Shown here one piece after another: positions 24,897 through 35,006 of a DNA stretch of 57,512 bases (positions are counted from its first letter, which is position 1; each line of letters opens with the position of its first letter). Made by a program: the position numbers and the translations under genes. The stretch is taken from positions 1 through 57,512 of the forward strand of contig CAMIVO010000004.1 in NCBI GenBank assembly GCA_946401865.1. The letters are read 5' to 3'. Under the pieces are notes generated by a model that ran no database searches, was not told where the DNA came from, and was given only the letters and a program-made list of their open reading frames with translations. Origin of the DNA: an uncultured Clostridia bacterium. Its GTDB lineage: Bacteria; Bacillota; Clostridia; TANB77; CAG-508.

Positions 24897-25952
24897 TTAA
24901 TCTTCTGTCATTTCTACATTTTCTACCTTATTTATTTCTTCACTTGTTTTATATTTCACTTTTACATAAATATCATTTATAATAACAACAATTAAACTTA
25001 TAAAAACCAATAAATAAAAATTAATAAATCTATCTACTACCATTGCTGTTTCTAACATATTTTTTTCTTTATATATATGTTCAAATAGAGCTAAATACAC
25101 ACTTTCACTTGCACCTACTGACCCAGGTAATGGAATTCCAGATACAGTACCATAAAGAACTGATTGAATAGCAACTAAATTAAACATATTATATTCACTA
25201 AAACCAAGTGCTCTATATACACAATATGTGACTGAAAATAGTGAAAGATACTGTATATAAGTTCTAGCTAAATTCTTTAAAACCGCAGTTTTTCGATTTC
25301 TTATTTCTTTTGCATTTTTTTGGTATTTTTCTAATCCAATTTCTAATTTTTCTTTTCTTTCTTCAATATTTTTAAATCTAAATAATTTCATAAGTTTTAC
25401 TAAAAAATTTGTTATTCCTTTAGTAACTCTTCTTGAGAAAATAGAAATTAAGAGAAATGTTAATGCACTAAGGTTTAAAAATATTCCTATTATAAAAAGT
25501 AAAACCATTGGTATTTTCATATATTTATAATTAAATATCATATTAAATAAAGCTAAAGAGATTGTTACAACTTGCATACAGCTTAAATTTATTAAAAAGG
25601 TTAATGTACTATTTTCTATTTTTATATTTTCTTTACGCATATAATAAATTTGCATAGGTTGCCCACCAGATGCTGCTGGTGTAATTGCACTAAAGAAAAA
25701 GCCAATTAATGAGTATTTTATACATTTCCAAATTGTAGTTTTTTCATTTAAATTTCTTAGCATTTTACGTATATTAAATCCATCACAAATTACAAAAAAG
25801 CTTACAAAAACAACTGCTAAAATAATGTATTTTACATCTACTCTTCCAATTAAATTTAATATTTCCTGAAAATTTTGTCCTTTAAAAATAAAATAAAAAG
25901 TCAAGTAAATTAATAACAAAAATATTGTTACATTTCTTATGTTCTTTTTCAT
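24897..25952 (-). CDS. Lysylphosphatidylglycerol synthase TM-region / flippase-like protein (UPF0104)
   Basis: Multi-TM; FFSAITPAASGGQP; IPLPGSVGASE. Confidence 0.85.
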   Translation of the reverse strand: MKKNIRNVTIFLLLIYLTFYFIFKGQNFQEILNLIGRVDVKYIILAVVFVSFFVICDGFNIRKMLRNLNEKTTIWKCIKYSLIGFFFSAITPAASGGQPMQIYYMRKENIKIENSTLTFLINLSCMQVVTISLALFNMIFNYKYMKIPMVLLFIIGIFLNLSALTFLLISIFSRRVTKGITNFLVKLMKLFRFKNIEERKEKLEIGLEKYQKNAKEIRNRKTAVLKNLARTYIQYLSLFSVTYCVYRALGFSEYNMFNLVAIQSVLYGTVSGIPLPGSVGASESVYLALFEHIYKEKNMLETAMVVDRFINFYLLVFISLIVVIINDIYVKVKYKTSEEINKVENVEMTED

Positions 25953-25979
25953 TTTGGTAAAATCCTTTCTTAATGCCTT

Positions 25980-26978
25980 TTAGATAGAATACCCTAGATG
26001 TTCATATGCTGGTGGTAGCACTTGCCTACCTCTAGGAGTTCTAGCAATAAAACCAATTTGTAATAAATATGGCTCATATACATCTTCAATTGTATCTATT
26101 TCTTCTCCAAGAGAAGATGCCAAAGCCTCTATTCCAACTGGTCTACCACTGTATTGAACTATCATCATACTTAACATTTTTCTATCTGTTTCATCTAAAC
26201 CTAGTTCATCTATTTCTAATTGATTTAAAGCATGTTTTGTAATTTTTAAATCAATTTTTCCATCACTTAAAACTAGTGCAAAATCCCTAACTCTTTTTAA
26301 AAGTCTATTTGCAATTCTTGGAGTTCCTCTTGATCTTCTTGCTATTTCCATACAAGATTCATCATCTATTTGTGTTTTTAGTATTTTACTAGATCTTCTA
26401 ACAATTGTACTTAAGTCCTCTACTGAGTATAATTCAAGTTTTTGTACAATTCCAAATCTGTCTCTAAGCGGAGTTGTTAATGCTCCTGCCTTTGTAGTTG
26501 CTCCTATTAAAGTAAATTTAGGTAAATCTAGTCTAATAGATTTTGCCTCTGGTCCTTTACCTATTGTTATATCTAAAACATAATCTTCTAGAGCAGGATA
26601 AAGTATTTCTTCTACTGTTTTAGAAAGTCTATGAATTTCATCTATAAATAAAACATCAAATTCTTCTAAATTAGTAAGAAGTCCAGCTAAATCTCCTGGT
26701 TTTTCTATTGCAGGTCCTGATGTTATTTTTATTTTAGAATGCATTTCATTTGCAATAATACTTGATATTGTTGTTTTTCCTAATCCTGGAGGACCATAAA
26801 ACAAGCAATGATCAAGTGGCTCATTTCTTTTTTTGGCTGCTTCTATATATATTTTCATACTTTCTTTAACTTTAGTTTGTCCTATATATTCTTTTAAAGT
26901 TTTAGGCCTAAGTGATGTTTCTAAATTTTCTTCTTGTTCATCTTCAAGTTCTGGTCTAACTAAATTTTCGTTTTCCAT
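25980..26978 (-). CDS. ruvB: Holliday junction branch migration helicase RuvB
   Basis: [46 protein letters not shown]. Confidence 0.98.
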   Translation of the reverse strand: MENENLVRPELEDEQEENLETSLRPKTLKEYIGQTKVKESMKIYIEAAKKRNEPLDHCLFYGPPGLGKTTISSIIANEMHSKIKITSGPAIEKPGDLAGLLTNLEEFDVLFIDEIHRLSKTVEEILYPALEDYVLDITIGKGPEAKSIRLDLPKFTLIGATTKAGALTTPLRDRFGIVQKLELYSVEDLSTIVRRSSKILKTQIDDESCMEIARRSRGTPRIANRLLKRVRDFALVLSDGKIDLKITKHALNQLEIDELGLDETDRKMLSMMIVQYSGRPVGIEALASSLGEEIDTIEDVYEPYLLQIGFIARTPRGRQVLPPAYEHLGYSI

Positions 26979-27017
26979 ATGCGATTCCTTTCTGCTCGGA
27001 AATGTGATGCTTCTAAT

Positions 27018-27497
27018 TTAACATTTATCAATAAAGTTCTCTATTATACTCAACATTTTACTATTATCACCATTGTATGGTACTGGCTTAAATTCATCAA
27101 TTTGTTTAATTGCTTCTGATAAATCTTCTAAATTTTGAATGCCAATTATGTGCCCTTTATCATTAAATATTTCTACTATTTGTCTTTGGTGATTATTTAC
27201 ATGCTCGTTGAATTCACTTAATCTTGGCACAGCTATTACTTTTTTATTTTTTCTTATTGCCATTAAAATAGATCCAACTCCACCATGTGTAATTACAAAA
27301 TCCGCTTCATCAACTAAATTATCTATAACTTCTTTTGGTTTTAAATCAAATATATGCATTTTGTCTGATTGAAACTTTGTAAATCCCGCTTGAACAACTA
27401 CTCTTTGATTTATAATACCATTTTCTATGCATTTTTCTATTTCTTGTAAAAGTCTTGTAAATTGGTTGTTTTGAGTACCTAAAAGAACTAGTATCAT
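27018..27497 (-). CDS. PssE/Cps14G (Alg13-like) glycosyltransferase subunit
   Basis: MILVLLGTQ..QFTRL, ITHGGVGS, VPRL..EHVNNHQ; ATG at 27497 follows GGAGG. Confidence 0.9.
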   Translation of the reverse strand: MILVLLGTQNNQFTRLLQEIEKCIENGIINQRVVVQAGFTKFQSDKMHIFDLKPKEVIDNLVDEADFVITHGGVGSILMAIRKNKKVIAVPRLSEFNEHVNNHQRQIVEIFNDKGHIIGIQNLEDLSEAIKQIDEFKPVPYNGDNSKMLSIIENFIDKC

Positions 27498-27519
27498 TAA
27501 TTTTTCCTCCATTATTCTT

Positions 27520-27724
27520 ATTTTTCAAATTCACAGCATTGAGTATAATAAGTCCGTGCAAGGCAATACTTCTTATTTTTAACGAAGGTTCTCGGGGGGA
27601 CCGCTGAGGGCTGTTAAATGCTTTAGCATTGTTACAGCCCCAGTGGGATAACCTGAGAAGAAAATAAAAAGTATTGCCTGGTTAGCAGGACGGAAATAAT
27701 TAGTATGCTGTGAATTTGAAAAAT
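27520..27724. mobile_element. MITE-like or long-hairpin intergenic element
   Basis: Perfect 20-bp terminal inverted repeat ATTTTTCAAATTCACAGCAT with nested internal stems; GC-richer than flanks. Confidence 0.6.
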
Positions 27725-28197
27725 TATTGAAAAATTTGTCCGCCATATACTGCTTTAGGATATATCTTTAACATTTCCTCCCATTGAACTATAAATAAAT
27801 CTGCAATAGGATAAATTAACCTACCAGTAGCAGTTTTTCTATTTATATTTGCAAATGTTTCAATATAAATTATTTTACTTCCAAAAATCTTTCCCAAATA
27901 ACACATTGGTCCTGCAGTATGAGTTCCTGTAGTAACTATTACCTTTGGATGTATTTTAAAATACAAAAATATTGTTTTTATAATTAAATAAAAATATATA
28001 AATATATACTTAATTAAATGACTTCTAGTGCCATATGGTAAATATGAGACTTTACCTGCATATTTATCTTCTAAATATTCGTTGGTTTTGTCTTTTTCTG
28101 TAATTATGTGGTAATCATATTTTTCAAATAATGGGCTTAGTTGTAATAGTTCGTTTAAATGCCCTCCAGTACTTGATATAAATAATACTTTTTTCAT
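27724..28197 (-). CDS. PssD/Cps14F (Alg14-like) glycosyltransferase subunit
   Basis: ISSTGGHLNEL, TTG, IYIETFA, FIVQWEEM. Confidence 0.92.
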   Translation of the reverse strand: MKKVLFISSTGGHLNELLQLSPLFEKYDYHIITEKDKTNEYLEDKYAGKVSYLPYGTRSHLIKYIFIYFYLIIKTIFLYFKIHPKVIVTTGTHTAGPMCYLGKIFGSKIIYIETFANINRKTATGRLIYPIADLFIVQWEEMLKIYPKAVYGGQIFQ

Positions 28198-28224
28198 AGT
28201 TCAATCATATCCTTCATTTTTAAA

Positions 28225-28920
28225 CTAAATTTCTGCTCTACCTAATACAATAATTCTATTCTCATCGTTTGCATCTGTACAACAAGAAAGTGCTATTACT
28301 GGTTTTGTTTCATTTGAATCTAAAAAGCTCATATCTCCATCTGTTGTAATAAATTTTGAATAAACTACATATTTTAACTCATTTCCCTCATAATCTTTAA
28401 AATAGAATTCGTCACCTTCTTGGATTTTTTTGTTATTTGAAAAAAGTTTTCCATTTCTTCTATTATGACCAACAATTAAAGTTGCTCCTGGCTTGTTTAG
28501 CCCACCTGTTGTATATAAAAAACATGGCATCTTTTCCATTTTAGAAACCGAGCTATTAGAATAAACAGATGTAGTTAACCCTGTTCTTGGAATATATAAT
28601 GTTCCTATCTCAGAATTCATATTATAAATATTTTGAGTTAAAGTTGCTGGATCTTGTGGCTGATTTTCGTGTTTTTCTTCTTTTTGTTCCTCTTGCTTTT
28701 CTTCTTGTTTCTCTTCATTTTTATTATTTTGTTTTTCTGTATTGTTTGTTTCAATTCCCACAATTAGTGTTTCTTCAGTTTCTTCTTTTATTGATGTTTG
28801 TTCATTTGTATTAGGCTCTTTAACAACCTTTTTAGTTTTAAATTTTATAACAATTACAATTGAAAGAATTATTATTATACTTAATAAAAATAATACTATA
28901 TAAATTAATTTGTTTTTCAT
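28225..28920 (-). CDS. Sortase
   Basis: N-terminal TM; IVGHN; LSCC..R catalytic arrangement. Confidence 0.85.
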   Translation of the reverse strand: MKNKLIYIVLFLLSIIIILSIVIVIKFKTKKVVKEPNTNEQTSIKEETEETLIVGIETNNTEKQNNKNEEKQEEKQEEQKEEKHENQPQDPATLTQNIYNMNSEIGTLYIPRTGLTTSVYSNSSVSKMEKMPCFLYTTGGLNKPGATLIVGHNRRNGKLFSNNKKIQEGDEFYFKDYEGNELKYVVYSKFITTDGDMSFLDSNETKPVIALSCCTDANDENRIIVLGRAEI

Positions 28921-28988
28921 TTCTTCTCACCAAATTAATTATATAGTATTATTGCTTTTTTTGCAATTGGAAATAATAAGTTTTTTGT

Positions 28989-29691
28989 TTATTCTTCAAG
29001 TTCATTTGCCAATTTTTCTACTGCTTTTGTTTCTATTCTTGAAACATAAGAACGTGATATTCCCATTAACTTTGCTATTTCTTTTTGAGTTTTTGGTTTA
29101 TCACCATTTAATCCAAACCTTAATTCTATTATTGTTTTTTCTCTATCTTTTAATATTTCTTTTATTTTATCATACATTTTTTTTATTTTAATTTTTGTAT
29201 CAACCTCTTCTTCTATGCTTTTATTATCACTTTCTAACACTTCTTCTAAAGTAATTACATTGTCATCTTTATCTTTGCCTATTGGCTCATTTAAATAAAC
29301 TTCTGAATTAAGTTTTTTTGTTGAACGTAAATACATAAGTACTTCATTATCTATACATCTAGATACATATGTAGATAGCTTTGAACCTTTTTTTACATTA
29401 AAACTATTTATTCCTTTTATTAAACCAATTGTACCAATTGAATGTAAATCGTCTTGGTCTATATTTGTATTAGCATATTTTTTACAAACATGAACAACTA
29501 ATCTTAAATTTCTTTCTATAAGTAAATTACGAGCTTCATCATCCCCATTTGCCATTTTTTTCAAAGCTTGTTTTTCCTCCTCTTGAGTTAATGGTTCTGG
29601 AAATAAATTGCTTCCTGTAATATATCCGAACAACAATAAATGCTGTTTTTAGAAATTGTAAAAATTCCATAAAAAAATAACTAGAAAACAT
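28989..29691 (-). CDS. sigK: Pro-sigma-K, 233 aa when joined across CGG +1 shift at 29628
   Basis: GGAGG RBS, ATG at 29691, hydrophobic 21-codon pro-sequence, then GTT [C] GGA TAT ATT giving G-YITGSNLFPEPL; NLRLVVH, SIGTIGLIK, ISRSYVSRIE. No skin element. Confidence 0.92.
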
Positions 29692-29720
29692 CAAAAAGCA
29701 CCTCCATTTTCTTCAAGATA

Positions 29721-29748
29721 ATTATATGCCCCCTTAAATTAAAAGTGC
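29721..29748 (-). promoter_or_regulatory. Mother-cell (sigmaK/sigmaE-type) promoter of sigK
   Basis: GCAC-N16-CATATAAT on the minus strand, matching the AC-N16-CATAnnnT consensus. Confidence 0.55.
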
Positions 29749-29816
29749 CTGACCGTGTAAAAAATTATTTTATTTAATTTTAGTAATTAAATTAAAAAGT
29801 TTTAATATATTTTTAT

Positions 29817-29982
29817 AAAGTTTAAATATATTATTTTTCAATCCCTTGGTGTCGAAATCCCTATGTACCTGTAATTTTTCTTACGAAAAATTCAGCTACA
29901 ATGTCGATTTCTCCAATCGCACTTCGCTTTCGCTACGTTTGTTCGGCTTACGCGGGATTTCAAAATAATATATTTAAACTTT
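29817..29982. mobile_element. MITE-like or long-hairpin intergenic element
   Basis: Perfect 21-bp terminal inverted repeat AAAGTTTAAATATATTATTTT; GC-richer core with small hairpins. Confidence 0.55.
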
Positions 29983-30009
29983 CATAATATAATAAGAAAT
30001 GAGATTTTT

Positions 30010-30791
30010 ATGTTTATTATAGATTTTTTTAAACGGCATTTTAATAGGTGCAGGGGCAATTTTGCCGGGTATTAGTAGTGGGGTTTTGTGTGTAATTTTT
30101 GGAATTTATGAAAATTTAATAAATTCCATATTAGGATTTTTTAAAAATATAAAAGAAAATTTCAAGTTTTTATTTCCGATTGTTTTAGGTGCAATAGTTG
30201 GAATTGTTGTCTTTGGTAATATTTTAAAATATCTGTTTTTTGCCTACCCTATTCAAATTAAATTTGTTTTTATTGGATTAATTTTAGGAAGTGTTCCAAA
30301 ATTAATTAAAGAAATTAAACAAAAATCAAAATTTAAGCCTTATTATTTAATTTTTACTTTTGCGTCTCTTATACTTGCAATTTTTTTAGTTATTTTAGAA
30401 AAAAAAATATCCATTAGTTCATCTAATGAATATAGTTTTTTGTTTTTAATATTTTCAGGATTTTTAATGTCTGCAGGTGTTATTGTTCCAGGTGTTAGCA
30501 GTACATTAATTTTAATGCTTTTAGGTGTTTACGAGAGCTATTTATTTAGTGTTTCTACTATTTATTTACCTTTTCTAATTCCACTATGTATTGGATTATT
30601 TATTGGTGCAATTATATTTATGAAACTCACAAAATTTATGTTGGATAAATTTTACGCTCAAACTTTTTTTTCAATTATAGGTTTTACTTTAGGCTCAATT
30701 TTTGTGCTTTATCCTCGGTTTAAATTTTGATATGATTGGAATAATTTCATTACTTTGCTTGTTCCTTGGGTTTACAATTGGGAATTTTTAA
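30010..30791 (+). CDS. DUF368 membrane protein, 259 aa when joined across two CGG +1 shifts (30034, 30716)
   Basis: ATG at 30010; AAA [C] GGC ATT gives FFK-G-ILIGAGAILPGISSG; second repeat VPGVSS; CCT [C] GGT adds a last TM helix GLNFDMIGIISLLCLFLGFTIGNF*. Confidence 0.88.
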
Positions 30792-30798
30792 ACATATA

Positions 30799-30847
30799 AA
30801 AGCGTAAATATATTAATTTTTGATCTTTTATAATATATCTACGCTTT
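30799..30847. terminator. Bidirectional terminator between convergent genes
   Basis: aaagcgta.atatatta ... taatatat.tacgcttt stem. Confidence 0.65.
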
Positions 30848-30853
30848 ATAAAA

Positions 30854-31336
30854 TTAATTATTATTTACCATTGTATCATCATTTTTTATCCAATCATCAA
30901 TATAGTCAACTCTATATTCTGTTTTTGTATCTCTCATAACAACTTTTTCAATACCTGCATTTATAATCATTCTTTTGCATAATGTACAAGGATAATTATC
31001 TTTAACATATTCTCCATTTCTTTTATTAATTCCTACCAAATATAAAGTACTTCCTATCATATCTCTTCTATTTGCTGAAATTATTGCATTTTGTTCACTA
31101 TGAACAGACCTACAATGTTCAAAACCTGCTCCACTTAAATCTGTTTTTTGTTTTCTTGTACAATAACCTAAATCTAAACAGTTTTTTCTTCCTCTTGGTG
31201 CACCTGTATATCCTGTTGATATTATCTCGTCATTTTTTACAATTACACTTCCATAATTGTTTCTAAGGCATGTTCCTCTTTCTGATATTGTTTCTGCTAT
31301 GTCTAAATAATAATTTATTTTATCAACTCTTTCCAT
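30854..31336 (-). CDS. dCMP deaminase / ComEB family
   Basis: RGTCLR, STGYTGAPRG, HSEQNAI, PCTLC. Confidence 0.9.
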   Translation of the reverse strand: MERVDKINYYLDIAETISERGTCLRNNYGSVIVKNDEIISTGYTGAPRGRKNCLDLGYCTRKQKTDLSGAGFEHCRSVHSEQNAIISANRRDMIGSTLYLVGINKRNGEYVKDNYPCTLCKRMIINAGIEKVVMRDTKTEYRVDYIDDWIKNDDTMVNNN

Positions 31337-31680
31337 TTTAAATGCACCTCCATCTCTTTTTCAACATTTTACCATATATTTTGTATTTGTCAAATAGGCT
31401 ATTGTACTATTGGGCTATTTGGTGACGGGGACTATTTGGTGATGGGGATTAAATAGGATATTTTAATTATTCTTGACAAAGTCACTTAAAAAGCTCTACA
31501 ATAACTTTAAGTTATTATATGACTTTCATTTTTATACAAAAAAACTCTGTAATTTATTAATTATAAAGCTTTTTAATTAGTATTATGATTTTTAAAAGTG
31601 TCCCTAAAATCATATAATAAAGGAAGAATAGAAAGTAAAAACCTTGTAAGGATATAAATATATCAATACAAGGTTTTTTA

Positions 31681-32920
31681 TTATTCATTTGAAGAAATTT
31701 CACCATCCGAACATACAACAGTAGTTATAAAACTTCCTTCTGTCCAATTTGTCTTAGATAAATTTTTCCATTCATTTATACGTCCTTTATATGTTATTGC
31801 TGTTAATTTTGTACAGTTTTTAAATGGTTCATAAGAAATTGTTTCTATACTTTTTGGAATTATTATTTCTTGCAAACTTGAGCAGTTATTAAATGCTGAA
31901 TACATTATTTCTTTTATTCCATTTCCTAACGAAATATTTTTTAGACTACTACATCCTTTAAAAGCACTCTTATTAATACTTTCAACACCATCTCCAATTA
32001 TCACATTTTCAAGTGATGTACATCCTTCAAATACACAATATTCTATTCTTTTTACGCCATTTCCTATTTTTAAATTTTTAAGTCCCGTACATCCTCTAAA
32101 TGGGCTTGAAGTACCTTCAGTTCCTCCGTGATAAATTTCCTTCGACATTATCTGGAATATCTAAATCTGTTATGCTAACACAATTAGCAAATGCCGAGTA
32201 AGAAATAGTCTTGACATTCTTTCCTATAATCACACTTTTTAAATTAGTACAATCTTGAAATGCACCCGAACTAATCTCTGTTACACCATCACCTATAACT
32301 ACTTCTTGTAATTTAGTGCTTCCCATAAAAGCCCCATAAGTCAGTTTTGTTACTTTGTTATCAATTATAAGTTTAACTCCATTTTCGTATTGATCTAAAT
32401 GGCTACTACCATATATTGCATTATTACTTTGCAAATTAATTGCTCTTAAATCTACAAGTTCATCAAAACTTTTTATCATATTACTATTAGCATCATACAA
32501 GCCTGGTTCTAATTTTGCTATTTTACCATTGTAAATTTCTGATGCTAAAATTTTATACCTATTATTTTCGGTTCTCATTTCTAATGTATTCAAATCATTT
32601 GGTAATGAATTAGGTACATCTTCATTATTAAAGAATTTTTTAAATATATTAATAATTTGTTCCTCTGTTATATCATTTCCTTTATTTTTAGTTATTTCAC
32701 TTAACACATCCATTTTTGCATTTTCAACTATTTCTGCTCTTTCTGTATTTTCCTTTGCAGTAGTTGCCTTCTGTAAGATTCCATTATTTCCTGTAAGCAT
32801 CGATATACTGATTCCTGCTAAAATTAATAACACAATAATAGTTACAACTAAAGCTATTAGTGTAATTCCAGCGGTCTTTTTGTAATTTGTTTTTTTGCTT
32901 TTTAAATTTTGTTTTTTCAT
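31681..32920 (-). CDS. Pilin-like N-terminus + BspA-type LRR surface protein, 412 aa when joined across CGG +1 shift at 32128
   Basis: GITLIALVVTIIVLLILAGISI; LRR units (AFxxCxxLxxVxIGxGV) on both sides of TCA [C] GGA GGA. Confidence 0.85.
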
Positions 32921-32990
32921 CTGTTTTTCTTCCTTTCCTTTTTATTGGGGCAATCTGTACCGGTTCTTTTCTGTCCCATTTAATGCATAT

Positions 32991-33164
32991 TATTATTAAA
33001 TATGTACATTAATAATATCGTATTTAATCAAATTTTACTGTAAAACAAAGCATTTGTCAATTTTATAAATTTTTAAGTTTTGAAAATACTAAAAAAGCTA
33101 GAGTAATCTGTTTAACTATATTTGATAAGTTTTATCATATTATTAATTTACATATTTAATAATA
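32991..33164 (-). promoter_or_regulatory. Sigma-A promoter flanked by 28-bp inverted repeats (copy A)
   Basis: TTGACA (33060-33055)-17-TAAAAT (33037-33032); arms 32991-33018 and 33137-33164 with 1 mismatch. Confidence 0.75.
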
Positions 33165-33311
33165 TACTCCAAACATAAAAAAGCCTTGAAAATTATACTA
33201 CTTTCAAGACTTTTTATTTATTTTATTACATTTTCATTAAATTTTTATAACATTTTTGTTACAACTTTAAAGATTTTGCATTTTTCATCCGGGACTGTCC
33301 CCAGCGAAAAA

Positions 33312-33443
33312 TTATGCTTTATAATACTCAGCAATTAATTTGTCTAATTTAACACTTAACTCGTAAATAACACTATAGTCTTTTTCTTCTTCTATACTTT
33401 TATTTAGCTCATCTCTTAATTTACATATTTCATCATTTAGCAT
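33312..33443 (-). CDS. Spo0E-like aspartyl-phosphate phosphatase, 43 aa (below ORF-track cutoff)
   Basis: MLNDEICKLRDELNKSIEEEKDYSVIYELSVKLDKLIAEYYKA; SxxLD motif; AGGAG RBS. Confidence 0.85.
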   Translation of the reverse strand: MLNDEICKLRDELNKSIEEEKDYSVIYELSVKLDKLIAEYYKA

Positions 33444-33635
33444 CTTTTAATCGCTCCTTTTTCTCAAAAAATATCCTATTTCTGTTTTCTCTTACATTTA
33501 TATTTAAATTATCACATATTTTATTTAAAGTCAAGTGTTTTCTTTTATTTTCAAGGTTTTTCGTGTTTCTTATTTCTATCTTTTTTATTGTTTTTTTTGC
33601 TTTTTTGACGTCATTTTTCATTTTTAGACATAATA

Positions 33636-34904
33636 TTAATATACCACTGATAAAACCATTTTATCTTCAACAAAATACTTTTCTAAAATTTGATTTGCAT
33701 ATTCTAAATCAATTTCAGTTATTTCATCTATATAATCAAAAGAATTTATTCCTTTCATAAAATCTGCTAAAAAGATTCTAGCAATATCTGTTACATCATC
33801 AAATTCTTTTATATAATCTCCATAAAGCATTTTCTTAATACGTTCAAAATCTTCTTTATTTATTCCATTTTCCTTTGTTTGTTTTATTTTTTCTTTTAAT
33901 TTTTTATATACATCATCTGGATTATTTGCACTTTCTGAAATTAAAATATGTGCATAGCTTTCATCAAATTCATAAGAAATACTTGGAGCTGAAAACATAT
34001 TTCCTTCCTGATAAAGCTCTTTATATAGGTCAGAGCTTTCTCCAAATAGAACATTTAGAATTATTTGAATTGCTATATGTGTTCTTACTTTTTCATCTTG
34101 ATTTGCTGGCTTACATTTTATTCCTATTGTAAATAAAGGTTTTGAAACTTTAAATTCTTGTTCTATTTTTTCTTTTACTATAGATTCTTCTTCTGGTTCG
34201 AAAATTCTCTTTATTTCGCCATTTTGTTCTTTATCAATTAGTCTCTTTTTTATTTCATCTAATATTTTTTCTGGTTCAAAATCTCCACTTACAACTAGAC
34301 ACATATTTGAAGGGTTATAAAATGTATTGTAGCATTTATATAAAATGTCTTTATCTATATGACTTATTGTTTCTATTGTTCCTGTAACATCTAACTTAAC
34401 AGGATTTGTATGATACATTGCTTCTAATGTATTTAAATACACTCTCCACTCTGGGTAGTCATCATACATTCTGATTTCTTGGCCTATTATTCCCTTTTCC
34501 TTCTCAACATTTTCGTCTGTAAAATAAGGATGTTGAACATAATCCATAAATTCATCTAAAGCTTCATAAAAATTGTCTGTACATTCATATAAATAAGCTG
34601 TATGATCATTTGTTGTATATGCATTTGCAGAAACTCCTATTGATGTTAGCTTGTCTAAACTGTTTACTCCATTTTCCTGTTCAAACATTTTGTGCTCTAA
34701 AAAATGCGCAACTCCCTTTGGAACTTCTGTTATTTCCTTTTCTCCAGGTACGATAAATTTATTATCATTTGAACCATAATGTGTTCCCCAAATTATATAT
34801 TTTTTTTGAATTCCTTTTTTAGGAATAATCATTACAGTTAAACCATTTTGTAATTTTTCTTTATATAAGGTTTCTTTTAGTTTTGAATTATAAATTGATT
34901 GCAT
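33636..34904 (-). CDS. M16-family zinc peptidase (YmfH-like)
   Basis: GVAHFLEHKMFE, NAYTT, EKEKGIIGQEI. Confidence 0.93.
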   Translation of the reverse strand: MQSIYNSKLKETLYKEKLQNGLTVMIIPKKGIQKKYIIWGTHYGSNDNKFIVPGEKEITEVPKGVAHFLEHKMFEQENGVNSLDKLTSIGVSANAYTTNDHTAYLYECTDNFYEALDEFMDYVQHPYFTDENVEKEKGIIGQEIRMYDDYPEWRVYLNTLEAMYHTNPVKLDVTGTIETISHIDKDILYKCYNTFYNPSNMCLVVSGDFEPEKILDEIKKRLIDKEQNGEIKRIFEPEEESIVKEKIEQEFKVSKPLFTIGIKCKPANQDEKVRTHIAIQIILNVLFGESSDLYKELYQEGNMFSAPSISYEFDESYAHILISESANNPDDVYKKLKEKIKQTKENGINKEDFERIKKMLYGDYIKEFDDVTDIARIFLADFMKGINSFDYIDEITEIDLEYANQILEKYFVEDKMVLSVVY

Positions 34905-35006
34905 ATTTTCTCCTCTTTTCTGTATTATTTTTTGTTATGAATAGATTATGAGAGTTTTTAAGTCTATTATTAAAGGTTAAAAGCTCTCATATCATACCTC
35001 ATACTT

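Noticed and set aside
27346-27561. Alternative-frame ORFs such as 27346..27561 and 19350..19535
   Set aside because: They overlap well-supported genes and show no recognisable homology, unlike the TnpV-like case.
33433-33621. 62-aa ORF upstream of the Spo0E-like gene
   Set aside because: Low-complexity, no recognisable motif; it covers the likely promoter region and overlaps the better-supported Spo0E-like ORF.
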